Shown: in pieces, positions 20,724 to 30,174 of the stretch | Position numbering within the stretch: position 1 is the first letter of the stretch | Layout of the letters: each line of letters starts with the position of its first letter | Made by a program: the position numbers and the translations under genes | Source: a virus | Taxonomy: Duplodnaviria; Heunggongvirae; Uroviricota; Caudoviricetes | Length of the DNA: 40,150 nucleotides | Strand: one strand, 5' to 3' | Virus record (IMG/VR): IMGVR_UViG_2718218304_000002 | Notes under the pieces: model-generated | The model's input: the letters and a program-made list of their open reading frames with translations, nothing else | Database searches by the model: none | Told to the model about the DNA's origin: nothing

Positions 20724-21266
20724 TCAAGCCATTTTCTCAGCAAATGATTCACGCATGGGAATATATAGGGCATACTCAGCAACAGCTAACCAATTAGCAA
20801 TCCGTTTTTCGCATGTGCTAAAACACCACTCTGGGTGTGCATCATTTAGCAATTCAGCCATTTTGCGCTTAGTCATCCCTCGCCCTTCATAGCGTTGCCG
20901 GAGAATGCAAATCAATCCTGGATGCTCTGCCAGCACCTCACTTATGACTCGATCAATACATAACGCCTCTGCATCAGTACAATGCGCCAGCCAGCTCTTT
21001 TGCTTGCCGTTGATCATCTCTCGCAAAAACGCTTCCAGCTCAGCTTTCTCTATTCCCGCTTTTTTCATTCTGCGCAGGGCTTCATTAATGGCTGTTTTCG
21101 TCAGTTTTTTGGATGCCAACAACTGATTGAACATATTCCCTGACCTGCCACCGCCAATATACGACCAGCGCCCCCACATACGTAGTTTTCCCTGAATCCA
21201 GACACTTTCCAGCGTGGTGAGGCGAAGGTGTTCTCCGCTTTTTCCTGTATTCGTTGGGTAAATCAT
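20724..21266 (-). CDS. Hypothetical phage protein; candidate late-gene regulator (Q-like by position only)
   Basis: 180 aa with Cys pairs (HCTDAEALC, WCFSTC); last nin-region gene before a terminator and the late operon. No family recognised. Confidence 0.3.
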   Translation of the reverse strand: MIYPTNTGKSGEHLRLTTLESVWIQGKLRMWGRWSYIGGGRSGNMFNQLLASKKLTKTAINEALRRMKKAGIEKAELEAFLREMINGKQKSWLAHCTDAEALCIDRVISEVLAEHPGLICILRQRYEGRGMTKRKMAELLNDAHPEWCFSTCEKRIANWLAVAEYALYIPMRESFAEKMA

Positions 21267-21553
21267 AAATGACCTTTCTTTCTCCAGATTTCTTGTGTGC
21301 GAAAACCCCCTTCAGCATGCATCAGGCGCAATTCTTCTTTGGTGTAATCGCTGGTTTTTACCCGCCCGTCGATTAGATCGTGGCATGAGCTACAGGCTAT
21401 CGCCGCCTGCATATCGTGTGGTTTTGTCGCTGTTCCGCACGTCCCCGCCAGCCTGTAATGCGCCAGCACAGAGGTTTCGGGATTGTGATTGCAGTAGCCA
21501 GGGATTCTGATCTGGCACATCTGGCCTTTAGCCGCTTTACGTAAATTCACCAT
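21263..21553 (-). CDS. YbcO-like nin-region protein (DUF1364 family)
   Basis: 96 aa; pattern ...LRKAAKGQMCQIRIPGYCNHNPETSVLAH...IACSSCHD... parallels recalled DLP12 YbcO. Confidence 0.6.
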   Translation of the reverse strand: MVNLRKAAKGQMCQIRIPGYCNHNPETSVLAHYRLAGTCGTATKPHDMQAAIACSSCHDLIDGRVKTSDYTKEELRLMHAEGGFRTQEIWRKKGHL

Positions 21554-22152
21554 TACGCAAACTCCAGTAGTTGTGCGGCCACATTTTCAACTTCCTCCTG
21601 AGAGGAGAATTTACGGAACAGAATCCAGTTCCACAGCACATTCAGTACAGATTTATAAACCTGCTGAAACTCGACTTCGTCCATATTCGCAAAAGCGATG
21701 GATTTTGCCCGACGCCCACGGCTACCGTCCGGATAAATATGCTCGGTGTAAAATCCGGCCTGAATGGTTACCCACTCGCGGAAAGCCTCAAACGACTTTA
21801 GCAACGCCGTATCCCGGGTTCTACGAGTCGCAACGGTGTTAAGGTATTGCTCTGCGGCATCACTCAGGGCTGGCGTGTGTTCCCGACCAACTGATTCGCA
21901 CAGGTAATCAACGAAACCAGACAGCAGTTCTCGTTCGCGAGGCGTGATCGCCCCACCGACCGGAGTCCAGTAATCGAATCCCAGTTGCAGGAGTTTGAAA
22001 AAACGCTTGTGGAATGCGTAGTTACGCACACGCTTAAAGTCTGCGTGTATCCACTCACCTATTTTGATTTGATGCAGAAAATCGCAACTCTCCGGCGTCG
22101 CCGGGAGAAGTAAACCAGAAGAAGTTTGTTTGACCAGTTGTATATGCGCCAT
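21553..22152 (-). CDS. Hypothetical phage nin-region protein
   Basis: 199-aa ORF with typical coding composition, stop overlapping the ybcO-like start; family not recognised with confidence. Confidence 0.45.
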   Translation of the reverse strand: MAHIQLVKQTSSGLLLPATPESCDFLHQIKIGEWIHADFKRVRNYAFHKRFFKLLQLGFDYWTPVGGAITPRERELLSGFVDYLCESVGREHTPALSDAAEQYLNTVATRRTRDTALLKSFEAFREWVTIQAGFYTEHIYPDGSRGRRAKSIAFANMDEVEFQQVYKSVLNVLWNWILFRKFSSQEEVENVAAQLLEFA

Positions 22153-22593
22153 TTCTCAATCTCTCGATGGCGCAGTGCAGCAGATGCCAGCTGTTCAGGC
22201 TGACGTATAAAGTATAAATAAACTGGTTCCAGTGTAAAGCCCCCACCTTAATGGAATAAAAACCAAACAACAGATTGCTGGGATACAAACAACGCTTATT
22301 ATTAAAAGCGGTTAAACAAATTAAATTTTAATGTTATGCAAATTTGTCAGATCACCATAATATCTCATTTGAAAACCGCTGAAATAACAGCCCTATCAGG
22401 GTTAATCATATTAAGGTGAGTAAATATGGAAAACAACAAATCTGTACATTACGTTCCTTTTTTATCTGTAATACTTTTTGTTTTATGCTGTGCGTGGGCA
22501 TTATTTTTATAAAAATATTTACAGATGAAGTAAACCCGCCAATCAGGTTAACTGTGGCTGCGTTGAGGATGCATAATACATCAGAGGTTGCGG

Positions 22594-22603
22594 GGATTTC
22601 TCC
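22594..22603. repeat. IS186 target-site duplication, left copy (GGATTTCTCC)
   Basis: Identical 10-mer flanks both IS186 ends (22594-22603 and 23943-23952). Confidence 0.85.
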
Positions 22604-23942
22604 CATAAGCGCTAACTTAAGGGTTGTGGTATTACGCCTGATATGATTTAACGTGCCGATGAATTACTCTCACGATAACTGGTCAGCAATTCTGGCCCAT
22701 ATTGGTAAGCCCGAAGAACTGGATACTTCGGCACGTAATGCCGGGGCTCTAACCCGCCGCCGCGAAATTCGTGATGCTGCAACTCTGCTACGTCTGGGGC
22801 TGGCTTACGGCCCCGGGGGGATGTCATTACGTGAAGTCACTGCATGGGCTCAGCTCCATGACGTTGCAACATTATCTGACGTGGCTCTCCTGAAGCGGCT
22901 GCGGAATGCCGCCGACTGGTTTGGCATACTTGCCGCACAAACACTTGCTGTACGCGCCGCAGTTACGGGTTGTACAAGCGGAAAGAGATTGCGTCTTGTC
23001 GATGGAACAGCAATCAGTGCGCCCGGGGGCGGCAGCGCTGAATGGCGACTACATATGGGATATGATCCTCATACCTGTCAGTTCACTGATTTTGAGCTAA
23101 CCGACAGCAGAGACGCTGAACGGCTGGACCGATTTGCGCAAACGGCAGACGAGATACGCATTGCTGACCGGGGATTCGGTTCGCGTCCCGAATGTATCCG
23201 CTCACTTGCTTTTGGAGAAGCTGATTATATCGTCCGGGTTCACTGGCGAGGATTGCGCTGGTTAACTGCAGAAGGAATGCGCTTTGACATGATGGGTTTT
23301 CTGCGCGGGCTGGATTGCGGTAAGAACGGTGAAACCACTGTAATGATAGGCAATTCAGGTAATAAAAAAGCCGGAGCTCCCTTTCCGGCACGTCTCATTG
23401 CCGTATCACTTCCTCCCGAAAAAGCATTAATCAGTAAAACCCGACTGCTCAGCGAGAATCGTCGAAAAGGACGAGTAGTTCAGGCGGAAACGCTGGAAGC
23501 AGCGGGCCATGTGCTATTGCTAACATCATTACCGGAAGATGAATATTCAGCAGAGCAAGTGGCTGATTGTTACCGTCTGCGATGGCAAATTGAACTGGCT
23601 TTTAAGCGGCTCAAAAGTTTGCTGCACCTGGATGCTTTGCGTGCAAAGGAACCTGAACTCGCGAAAGCGTGGATATTTGCTAATCTACTCGCCGCATTTT
23701 TAATTGACGACATAATCCAGCCATCGCTGGATTTCCCCCCCAGAAGTGCCGGATCCGAAAAGAAGAACTAACTCGTTGTGGAGAATAACAAAAATGGTCA
23801 TCTGGAGCTTACAGGTGGCCATTCGTGGGACAGTATCCCTGACAGCCTACAAAACGCAATTGAAGAACGCGAGGCATCGTCTTAACGAGGCACCGAGGCG
23901 TCGCATTCTTCAGATGGTTCAACCCTTAAGTTAGCGCTTATG
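22604..23942 (+). mobile_element. IS186 (IS4 family), intact, 1,339 bp
   Basis: Terminal inverted repeats CATAAGCGCTAACTTAAGGGTTG at 22604 and its reverse complement ending 23942; single transposase ORF; flanked by a 10-bp direct repeat. Confidence 0.9.
22659..23771 (+). CDS. insL: IS186 transposase
   Basis: 370 aa from MNYSHDNWSAILAHIG..., matching recalled IS186 InsL; IS4-family signature ...YRLRWQIELAFKRLK. Confidence 0.9.
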   Translation: MNYSHDNWSAILAHIGKPEELDTSARNAGALTRRREIRDAATLLRLGLAYGPGGMSLREVTAWAQLHDVATLSDVALLKRLRNAADWFGILAAQTLAVRAAVTGCTSGKRLRLVDGTAISAPGGGSAEWRLHMGYDPHTCQFTDFELTDSRDAERLDRFAQTADEIRIADRGFGSRPECIRSLAFGEADYIVRVHWRGLRWLTAEGMRFDMMGFLRGLDCGKNGETTVMIGNSGNKKAGAPFPARLIAVSLPPEKALISKTRLLSENRRKGRVVQAETLEAAGHVLLLTSLPEDEYSAEQVADCYRLRWQIELAFKRLKSLLHLDALRAKEPELAKAWIFANLLAAFLIDDIIQPSLDFPPRSAGSEKKN

Positions 23943-23952
23943 GGATTTCTCC
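23943..23952. repeat. IS186 target-site duplication, right copy (GGATTTCTCC)
   Basis: See left copy. Removing the IS and one repeat copy reconstructs GCGGGGATTTCTCCCCGC, a GC-rich hairpin. Confidence 0.85.
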
Positions 23953-23964
23953 CCGCTGGTCCTC

Positions 23965-24120
23965 TTACTCCCCAAGTTCGTAAGCTGTGAAGACAGCGAC
24001 CTCCGTCTGGTCGGTTCGGATTCGTACCTCGCAGAGGTCTTTCCTCGTTACCAGTACCGTCACTATAACGGTTAAACAGATGACGATCAGGGTGATTAAC
24101 ATCGCCTTTTGCTGCTTCAT
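23965..24120 (-). CDS. hok: Hok/Gef-family type I toxin (51 aa), with in-frame upstream mok-like extension to 24177
   Basis: MKQQKAMLITLIVICLTVIVTVLVTRKDLCEVRIRTDQTEVAVFTAYELGE matches recalled HokD/RelF-type toxins; ORF 23965..24177 adds 19 upstream codons; the leader upstream (- strand) has a hok-type 5' hairpin (GAGGCTATCTGCC...GGCAGATAG). Confidence 0.8.
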   Translation of the reverse strand: MKQQKAMLITLIVICLTVIVTVLVTRKDLCEVRIRTDQTEVAVFTAYELGE

Positions 24121-24168
24121 AGCCCGCTTCTTCTTGCCTTTCAGCACGTAAGAGACTAACCTACGTTT

Positions 24169-24235
24169 GTAAGGCATAGATTGGGCCCCAGATTAATGTT
24201 AAGCCTCTTGCCGGATGCGTAATATCAACTGGGAC
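24169..24235 (+). ncRNA. Putative Sok-like antisense RNA (approximate ends)
   Basis: On + strand, opposite the mok start: -35 TTGCCT (24134-24139), 17-bp spacer, -10 TAACCT (24157-24162) give a start near 24169. The 3' end is not defined. Confidence 0.3.
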
Positions 24236-24694
24236 TTTTTCTATCTGCCTTTGGTTTTCATGCCCAAGGCAGATAGCCTCAAGCCCCCGCAGCCATACTA
24301 TTTAACCCCCTTTACTTCGCCAATATGAAATCAATCAGAAAGGCGATCCATAAGAACAATAGCAAGACAATAAATTGCCACCACAGCCGCAATAGCCAAC
24401 GCACACTTGAGAACCAGCACGACAACCTCCTGTATTGGACGTGCACCTGCCCTGATAAATATGAGGCTGTCTCGTCAGTGATTCAATACAACTATTGGGT
24501 ATAGTTTCTGTGATTTTGTTCTGTAGAAATGGAATACAACAACCAGTCACTACCAGCACTTCTTTAAATACGCCAAGTCCGACGGAAGCCAACATCTAGT
24601 CTGCTTTGAACGAGGAGCTAACTTTGGTGTATATAGAAACATAATCACTACAGGTAGTTCCGAAAAAATTTCTCTATCGTGATACTTGCTGGTT

Positions 24695-25744
24695 TTATTT
24701 TAATCTCTGTAATTTTTTACGCAGAGCATTAACTCGTCTCTGAACCCCTATTTTTGGATTAAAGCTCAAAGCTTTTTCATAGGCATCAAGAGCATCACTA
24801 AAGTTACCAAGTAAATCATTTGCTTCACCTTTGATGCGAAATGCGGCTGCAGCCCAGTCAGTTCGGTCTTTCGCTCCTTCATTAAGAGCCATTTCAATTG
24901 CTTTCAATGCTTTTTGAGCATTCTTCTCACTGGGATGTTCTCTTAAAAGCGCTCTCGCGGCCTCTACTTTAAGGTTGAAATTTCCTTTATATAGACAAGC
25001 ATCTTTATACGCTTCCACGTCAATGGGAATACCGATGGCAGTGTATCTGAAGTATCCAATATTTTTGCATTTCACTTTCAGCGATCTTAGCCCCCCATTT
25101 TCATCGAGATCGAAGAAATAACTATCAGCCCATCCATACTCAGGTTTAATGGAAAATATTGTTGTTTTTGACCACAGATTTATTACCTCAAGGATATTTC
25201 CATCTTTACCGGGCGCTGCGGCTGTCTGAACCGATGCGTATTTACCACAATGAGAAATTCCGATATTATAGATATTTGCTTCATAATGACGTCTAAACTT
25301 TTCATTTCCTTCAACATCAATAGCAATCAAATCAGCTTGCAGCGCAGAACCAAATCCAGCGTCATGAACAATATAATCACCTGTGTCAGCGACAGCAGCA
25401 TTAAATGGTCGGGCAATAGTTCTGAGCTTATGAAGGATACGAAAAGTTGGTTTATTAACTAAAACAACTGTTCCAAATCCACTTTCCCGGTGCCCTCCCC
25501 TTCCATTGCCATCAAAGTCACTACAGCCTACAACCCAATGTTTGTTTGCAGACAGATACGCCTGTCCAAAAAAATAAGGAGAATCAATAGTAAGCCAATC
25601 GTTTTCGATTGATATATTTCCGTTTTGTTTCTTGAGTTTAGGAGTTATGTTAGCTGTTAACTCATGCAAACTTGAAGGCGTCATTGTTTTTGCAGAAGTT
25701 ATCCTGGAGGTAAGCAAATTGAATAGTTGTGAAATAAATCCCAT
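24695..25744 (-). CDS. Hypothetical protein with C-terminal TPR-like repeats (349 aa)
   Basis: AT-rich ORF; AGGAG 9 nt upstream of ATG; C-terminal ~100 aa form TPR-like helical repeats; N-terminal ~250 aa unrecognised. Confidence 0.5.
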   Translation of the reverse strand: MGFISQLFNLLTSRITSAKTMTPSSLHELTANITPKLKKQNGNISIENDWLTIDSPYFFGQAYLSANKHWVVGCSDFDGNGRGGHRESGFGTVVLVNKPTFRILHKLRTIARPFNAAVADTGDYIVHDAGFGSALQADLIAIDVEGNEKFRRHYEANIYNIGISHCGKYASVQTAAAPGKDGNILEVINLWSKTTIFSIKPEYGWADSYFFDLDENGGLRSLKVKCKNIGYFRYTAIGIPIDVEAYKDACLYKGNFNLKVEAARALLREHPSEKNAQKALKAIEMALNEGAKDRTDWAAAAFRIKGEANDLLGNFSDALDAYEKALSFNPKIGVQRRVNALRKKLQRLK

Positions 25745-26122
25745 TTATAAATACTCCTGAGTAGCTTTTTTAAAACGTTGGCACTTATATGGCCCTCCGT
25801 GGACAAAGTGGATCCAAAAATGTCCATTCTATCTAAGGCCAGACGAACGTTCTGGTTGAAAATCTGAGTATCGCTTCGTCGCTAATTCGCCGTTAGACAT
25901 ATTTAACCACTTTTAGCAAAAATATGCACATTTTTCATCCAAGAAAACAAAAAATCGCCATCCGCAACAATCTGCTTGTTTTCGTTAAATTTTGACAATC
26001 ACGCCTTTTTCTTCTCGGCAGAGCTGAAAAATGCTAAAGTCGTATCTGGGTGGATTAATCGTATACATGGGAAAAGTAGATACGGAAGAAAGGGGAAAAG
26101 TAAAAGGTAGATGCAAAAGAAA

Positions 26123-26155
26123 GGTCCGCTTTGAGCGAGGAGCGGACTTGTTAAT
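26123..26155 (-). terminator. Rho-independent terminator candidate downstream of the GmrSD-like gene
   Basis: Hairpin GTCCGCT-(10 nt)-AGCGGAC followed on the - strand by CTTTCTTTT. Confidence 0.4.
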
Positions 26156-26271
26156 ATCGAGCCTATCTCGTAATGATATAATTGAAGACATGTTGTAGGC
26201 CTAGCAGGATATCCATGACTCATCAAACTGTCAGTAAAACATCCCACTTACGCCTATGTTTTATTGATAGA

Positions 26272-27954
26272 TTAACCAATTTTCCATACATTTACTGCTT
26301 GTTCCGACATCCATTTTTGAAAATCATTGACAGCCTCTAAATTCCATTCAGGATACTGTGTAATCTTAGCCGCTAATTTATACTTTGATTTTCCATATTC
26401 ATTTTTCTTCACTTCAAATGAAGCTCTTTTTAGATTATCTTTATCCATCAAAACCATATTTCCTAACCTATCCTTTACGTCATTAACCCCCTCCCCAAAC
26501 GAATTGCACCACCCCTTCTCTGGGTTAAATGGACAAATATGTTCGAGTGTAACTTTTTCATGATCGCAATTATTACCAAGATATTGTTCAATTTCAGCCA
26601 AGAGAAATCTAATTTTTTTGGCTGTTTGTCTACTTGGCATTCGATGAAATTCAAAAGCATTAAAGAACACGTTATCATCAGGATATAACCTCTTAAACTC
26701 CTCCCCATTTTTCACATTGCTAGCTCTCTTGTATTCCTTATTGGAGATCTTAATCGCAATTTGATTATACATGCTTTCTTGTTCACTTGGTGATAAATGA
26801 CAAATAACATTGTATCTAATTGATAAAATATATAAATAACGAGTCAGGCTGACGAACTCATCTGGATTGAATTGATTAAAAGCTGATAGCAATACTGTTA
26901 ATGGCTGTCTAATATTAAAGAGTCTAATGCCGTTCAGATAATGAATGGCCTTCTTGTATTTAGTATCTTGCTCTGCCCACCATGAATCATTCGGGTTAAT
27001 CAATGATGCATAAATAGGTGCGGAATTTATCAGTGATCTTAAATAATCGTATGCTTCTTTAGGGGTTGTAATTACTTTTCTCATTGAAGTGTATAAATTA
27101 TTTTTTGTGACCATTTTTCTATGAGAATTATGATGATACCTAATGTAATCAGAAACATTGCTTTCTCCCAACTGATCGATAATCTCCGACCATTGCTCAT
27201 CTAACTCATCTAATTCCTCATCTCCGATTTTCTCATCCTTAGTTACTATCGAAAACAAATAGTTTTTTAAGAGATCTGGCGTGGATAACTGGACTCCTCT
27301 CGCATTTAAAGTTTCAAATACTTTGTATGCATTTAAATCATCTTGAACAACTATTTTTGTAAAAACCATACTCGAAGAAAAATCGGCAATAAACTGTGCG
27401 ATCTCAGCGCCGGTATTACCGAACTCCTTCTTTTGGAAAAAATCAAAGCATTTCTTGAGTAGCTTATTTGTAGATGTAGTTCCACGAGTATTAGGAGCTT
27501 CTAAGTTTGAACAGATGCTTTGAAAATATCTTTTATTATTTCTATTTAAATCTAGCTTGCTAACCACCTTTAATGAAACGAAGTTTTTGTTACCCACAAA
27601 TGTCTTTGTTATTGCATCAAGTCGCTCTGTGTTTTGTTCAACCTCCTCTCCTTTATCTATCAAGTTTTTAATGGCTTTCATGGCTGCTAGAACTATAATC
27701 GACAAGGTTACTAATCGTTGTTGACCGTCAATGACCTCATGTTGATACTGTTCTTTTTGTTGAAGAACTATATATCCCATATAATGAAAACCTTCATCAT
27801 CAAGTGCTGTAACATCACTCCAAAGGTCCTCCCATTGTTCTACATCCCAAGCATAGTCTCGCTGGAATCTAGGAACAATGTACTTATTTGACCCTCCAAT
27901 TAATTCATTGAAGTTCTCATTTTTTGGTTCCATTAACATAAACTGTTTGGCCAT
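26272..27954 (-). CDS. GmrSD-family type IV restriction endonuclease-like protein (DUF262 + DUF1524/His-Me finger)
   Basis: 560 aa; N-terminal DUF262 motifs (YIVPRFQRDYAWD, VIDGQQRL) and C-terminal His-Me motif (TLEHICPFNPEKGW...N...N); very AT-rich coding sequence. Confidence 0.75.
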   Translation of the reverse strand: MAKQFMLMEPKNENFNELIGGSNKYIVPRFQRDYAWDVEQWEDLWSDVTALDDEGFHYMGYIVLQQKEQYQHEVIDGQQRLVTLSIIVLAAMKAIKNLIDKGEEVEQNTERLDAITKTFVGNKNFVSLKVVSKLDLNRNNKRYFQSICSNLEAPNTRGTTSTNKLLKKCFDFFQKKEFGNTGAEIAQFIADFSSSMVFTKIVVQDDLNAYKVFETLNARGVQLSTPDLLKNYLFSIVTKDEKIGDEELDELDEQWSEIIDQLGESNVSDYIRYHHNSHRKMVTKNNLYTSMRKVITTPKEAYDYLRSLINSAPIYASLINPNDSWWAEQDTKYKKAIHYLNGIRLFNIRQPLTVLLSAFNQFNPDEFVSLTRYLYILSIRYNVICHLSPSEQESMYNQIAIKISNKEYKRASNVKNGEEFKRLYPDDNVFFNAFEFHRMPSRQTAKKIRFLLAEIEQYLGNNCDHEKVTLEHICPFNPEKGWCNSFGEGVNDVKDRLGNMVLMDKDNLKRASFEVKKNEYGKSKYKLAAKITQYPEWNLEAVNDFQKWMSEQAVNVWKIG

Positions 27955-28244
27955 ATAATTGGAATCCTCTACTTTTTTAAAATTAATTTCATGCCTAAAT
28001 TAAATGGGTTCTTGCATGATATATACTGCTAATAATTATCTTGACACTTCAGGGCCACTCTTTACCACCTTTACCGATAAAATAATACAGCATTTGTTTA
28101 AGTAATGTCCGCAGCTGGCACAAAGCAGGCAACCACACTAGTTCTACCCTGTACCATAAAAATGTCAATTTACATATGAACCAATGCTATTTAAACTAAA
28201 AATACCTATAAATGCAGCATGATTCACTGATAAAATGCCAATAT

Positions 28245-28622
28245 TCACTGCATAACTTCACTCTTCAGGCACTCGCGACAGATTATGTTCAGACGCCTGT
28301 CGTAACGGCGTATTTCTCCGTCTGGTAATGACCAGATAAGGTCAGGATCAACCACAACCGGTTTCTTCACCTTTGTCCTTGATAGTTTTTTGCGGGCGTT
28401 TTGCCAGTCTTTACGCGCCTGCTCAGACGGGAATAATCCGTAGCCTGAATTGTAAACATCACCACTGGCGACTAGTTCTCTGGCGAGAGTGCTTATGTAA
28501 TACCTTGATGCACCGGTTTTAGCCTCCAGAGCCCGTAACGTCTCGCGACCGCTCAGAGGTACAAGTTCAACAACCTGTCCTTTAATTTTTTCTCGCTCTT
28601 CTGGTGTAAATACTTTTGCCAT
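28245..28622 (-). CDS. Hypothetical phage protein (125 aa)
   Basis: ORF 28245..28637; start MAKVFTPEE (28622) has GGAGG 5 nt upstream. Confidence 0.5.
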   Translation of the reverse strand: MAKVFTPEEREKIKGQVVELVPLSGRETLRALEAKTGASRYYISTLARELVASGDVYNSGYGLFPSEQARKDWQNARKKLSRTKVKKPVVVDPDLIWSLPDGEIRRYDRRLNIICRECLKSEVMQ

Positions 28623-28637
28623 AGGTGCCTCCGGCAA

Positions 28638-29399
28638 TCACTTTTCCGATGCAACATGGCGGGAAGAATCAGTAATCTGTCGTACAATATCCCTGTGCTT
28701 GTTCAACTCACGCAGCGCGGCGCAGACACGCTCCCACTTCTGGACATGATTTTTCGCCCGACGCAGTTCGCGGTTTGCCATATGCAGTGATGGTAAAACC
28801 AGGTCATCCGCTCGCGTTTCAGTAAACGATGGCAGCGACTGCACAATGTCCGCCACAGTTTCTGTTTTAATATCTTCCTGTGTTGCAGCCTCCTGTACTG
28901 GTAACGCAACACCTGCGGTCTGAGGAAAGGCCTTACCATCAGTTTCCGCTACCGATGCTGCTTTCGGCTCTGCTGGTAAATTATCGCCCGGTATGCAGTA
29001 ACGAAATTTATCGCCCTGATTTACGCGAATCAGACGACCTTTGCTGATTGCCATTGCCAGCGTTGAAGCCACTTTGCGTGATGTGGTACCAAACAATGTA
29101 GCCAGCTCATCAGCCGTTTGTGGTCCTCGTTGTTCAATCGTCGCGGTTAAATCGCACTCTGAGATTTTCGCTACTGTTGCTGTGGTGATTTCTTCCGGCA
29201 GTTCTGCCTGCGCTGGCTGTTCCTGCTGAACATTGTTATCAGCCACACGCCAGGTGTACGCGCTTTTATCAACAAAACCAGCCTTTTTCAGTTCCCATAG
29301 TTCGTTCAGCACTTCTTCACGACTGATATCAAGTCGCGCAGCAAGTTCTATGGATGTGGCTTTTCCCATTGCTTTCAGTGCGTCAAAAACAGTCTCCAT
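28638..29399 (-). CDS. Hypothetical phage replication-region protein with N-terminal winged-helix-like segment
   Basis: ORF 28638..29450; start METVFDAL (29399) has GGGAGA 8 nt upstream and avoids overlap with the DnaC-like gene. Confidence 0.5.
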   Translation of the reverse strand: METVFDALKAMGKATSIELAARLDISREEVLNELWELKKAGFVDKSAYTWRVADNNVQQEQPAQAELPEEITTATVAKISECDLTATIEQRGPQTADELATLFGTTSRKVASTLAMAISKGRLIRVNQGDKFRYCIPGDNLPAEPKAASVAETDGKAFPQTAGVALPVQEAATQEDIKTETVADIVQSLPSFTETRADDLVLPSLHMANRELRRAKNHVQKWERVCAALRELNKHRDIVRQITDSSRHVASEK

Positions 29400-29421
29400 T
29401 AAATTTTTCTCCCGGTAAAAA

Positions 29422-30168
29422 TTACTTCGCAATTCCTGGCTGGACGACATTCGGACGCCAGCTCTCCCAGTTAAAATTCACCCATCGCCCGCCGTTCATG
29501 GTCATGCGATCCATAATCCGCTCGCCGAGCAATGTTTTCATGGCCTCATAGTTCAGGTTTGTCAGCATCCCCACGCTGCGCATCGACGCTGTCCGGCGAT
29601 CAACAATCTGGTGCAGTACCACCTGCTCGTTTTTCGTCTCGCGCTGAATGCCAATTTCATCAAGAACCAGCAGATCCACTTCGCACAGTTCCCGCAAAAA
29701 TTTTTCGCCTGACTGCCCATCGTCATAGCTGGCGTGCAGGGCACTCATAACATCAGCCACGGTAACCACAATCACTGTCTGACCGTCTTTCAGCAGGCGA
29801 TTCCCGATAGCTGCCGCTAAGTGGTTCTTCCCGGTACCAGGTTTTCCGCTGAACGCAAAATTTGTACACCCGGTCATCAGTTCATCAGCGATGGATTTCG
29901 CCTGACTCAACGCGTATCGCTGCCCTTCGTTCTGCACCTGGTAATTCGAAAACGAGCATTTGCGGTGCAATGGCTGGATGCCAGAGCGATTCAGAATTTT
30001 TTCCACCCGCAACTGACGATTCTGACGGTTGATCTCCTCACAACGTTTCTGGCCTTCGGAAAGTTGCCACTCGCGCCACTCCGCTACCGTCTTGAATGGC
30101 GCGGTTACATGTGACGGGGCCAGTCTGCGGATACGTTCAAGAACATCGCCTGTCGCAATATTTTTCAT
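29422..30168 (-). CDS. ydaV: DnaC-like replication protein (AAA+ ATPase)
   Basis: 248 aa with Walker A ([15 protein letters not shown]) and Walker B (LLVLDEIG); matches recalled Rac YdaV. Confidence 0.8.
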   Translation of the reverse strand: MKNIATGDVLERIRRLAPSHVTAPFKTVAEWREWQLSEGQKRCEEINRQNRQLRVEKILNRSGIQPLHRKCSFSNYQVQNEGQRYALSQAKSIADELMTGCTNFAFSGKPGTGKNHLAAAIGNRLLKDGQTVIVVTVADVMSALHASYDDGQSGEKFLRELCEVDLLVLDEIGIQRETKNEQVVLHQIVDRRTASMRSVGMLTNLNYEAMKTLLGERIMDRMTMNGGRWVNFNWESWRPNVVQPGIAK

Positions 30169-30174
30169 GGTCAG

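Noticed and set aside
24335-24595. 86-codon Cys/Gly-rich ORF on the - strand
   Set aside because: Implausible composition (CRAGSQVCVGYCGCGG...), no Shine-Dalgarno, overlaps the better-supported small hydrophobic ORF and the hok upstream region.
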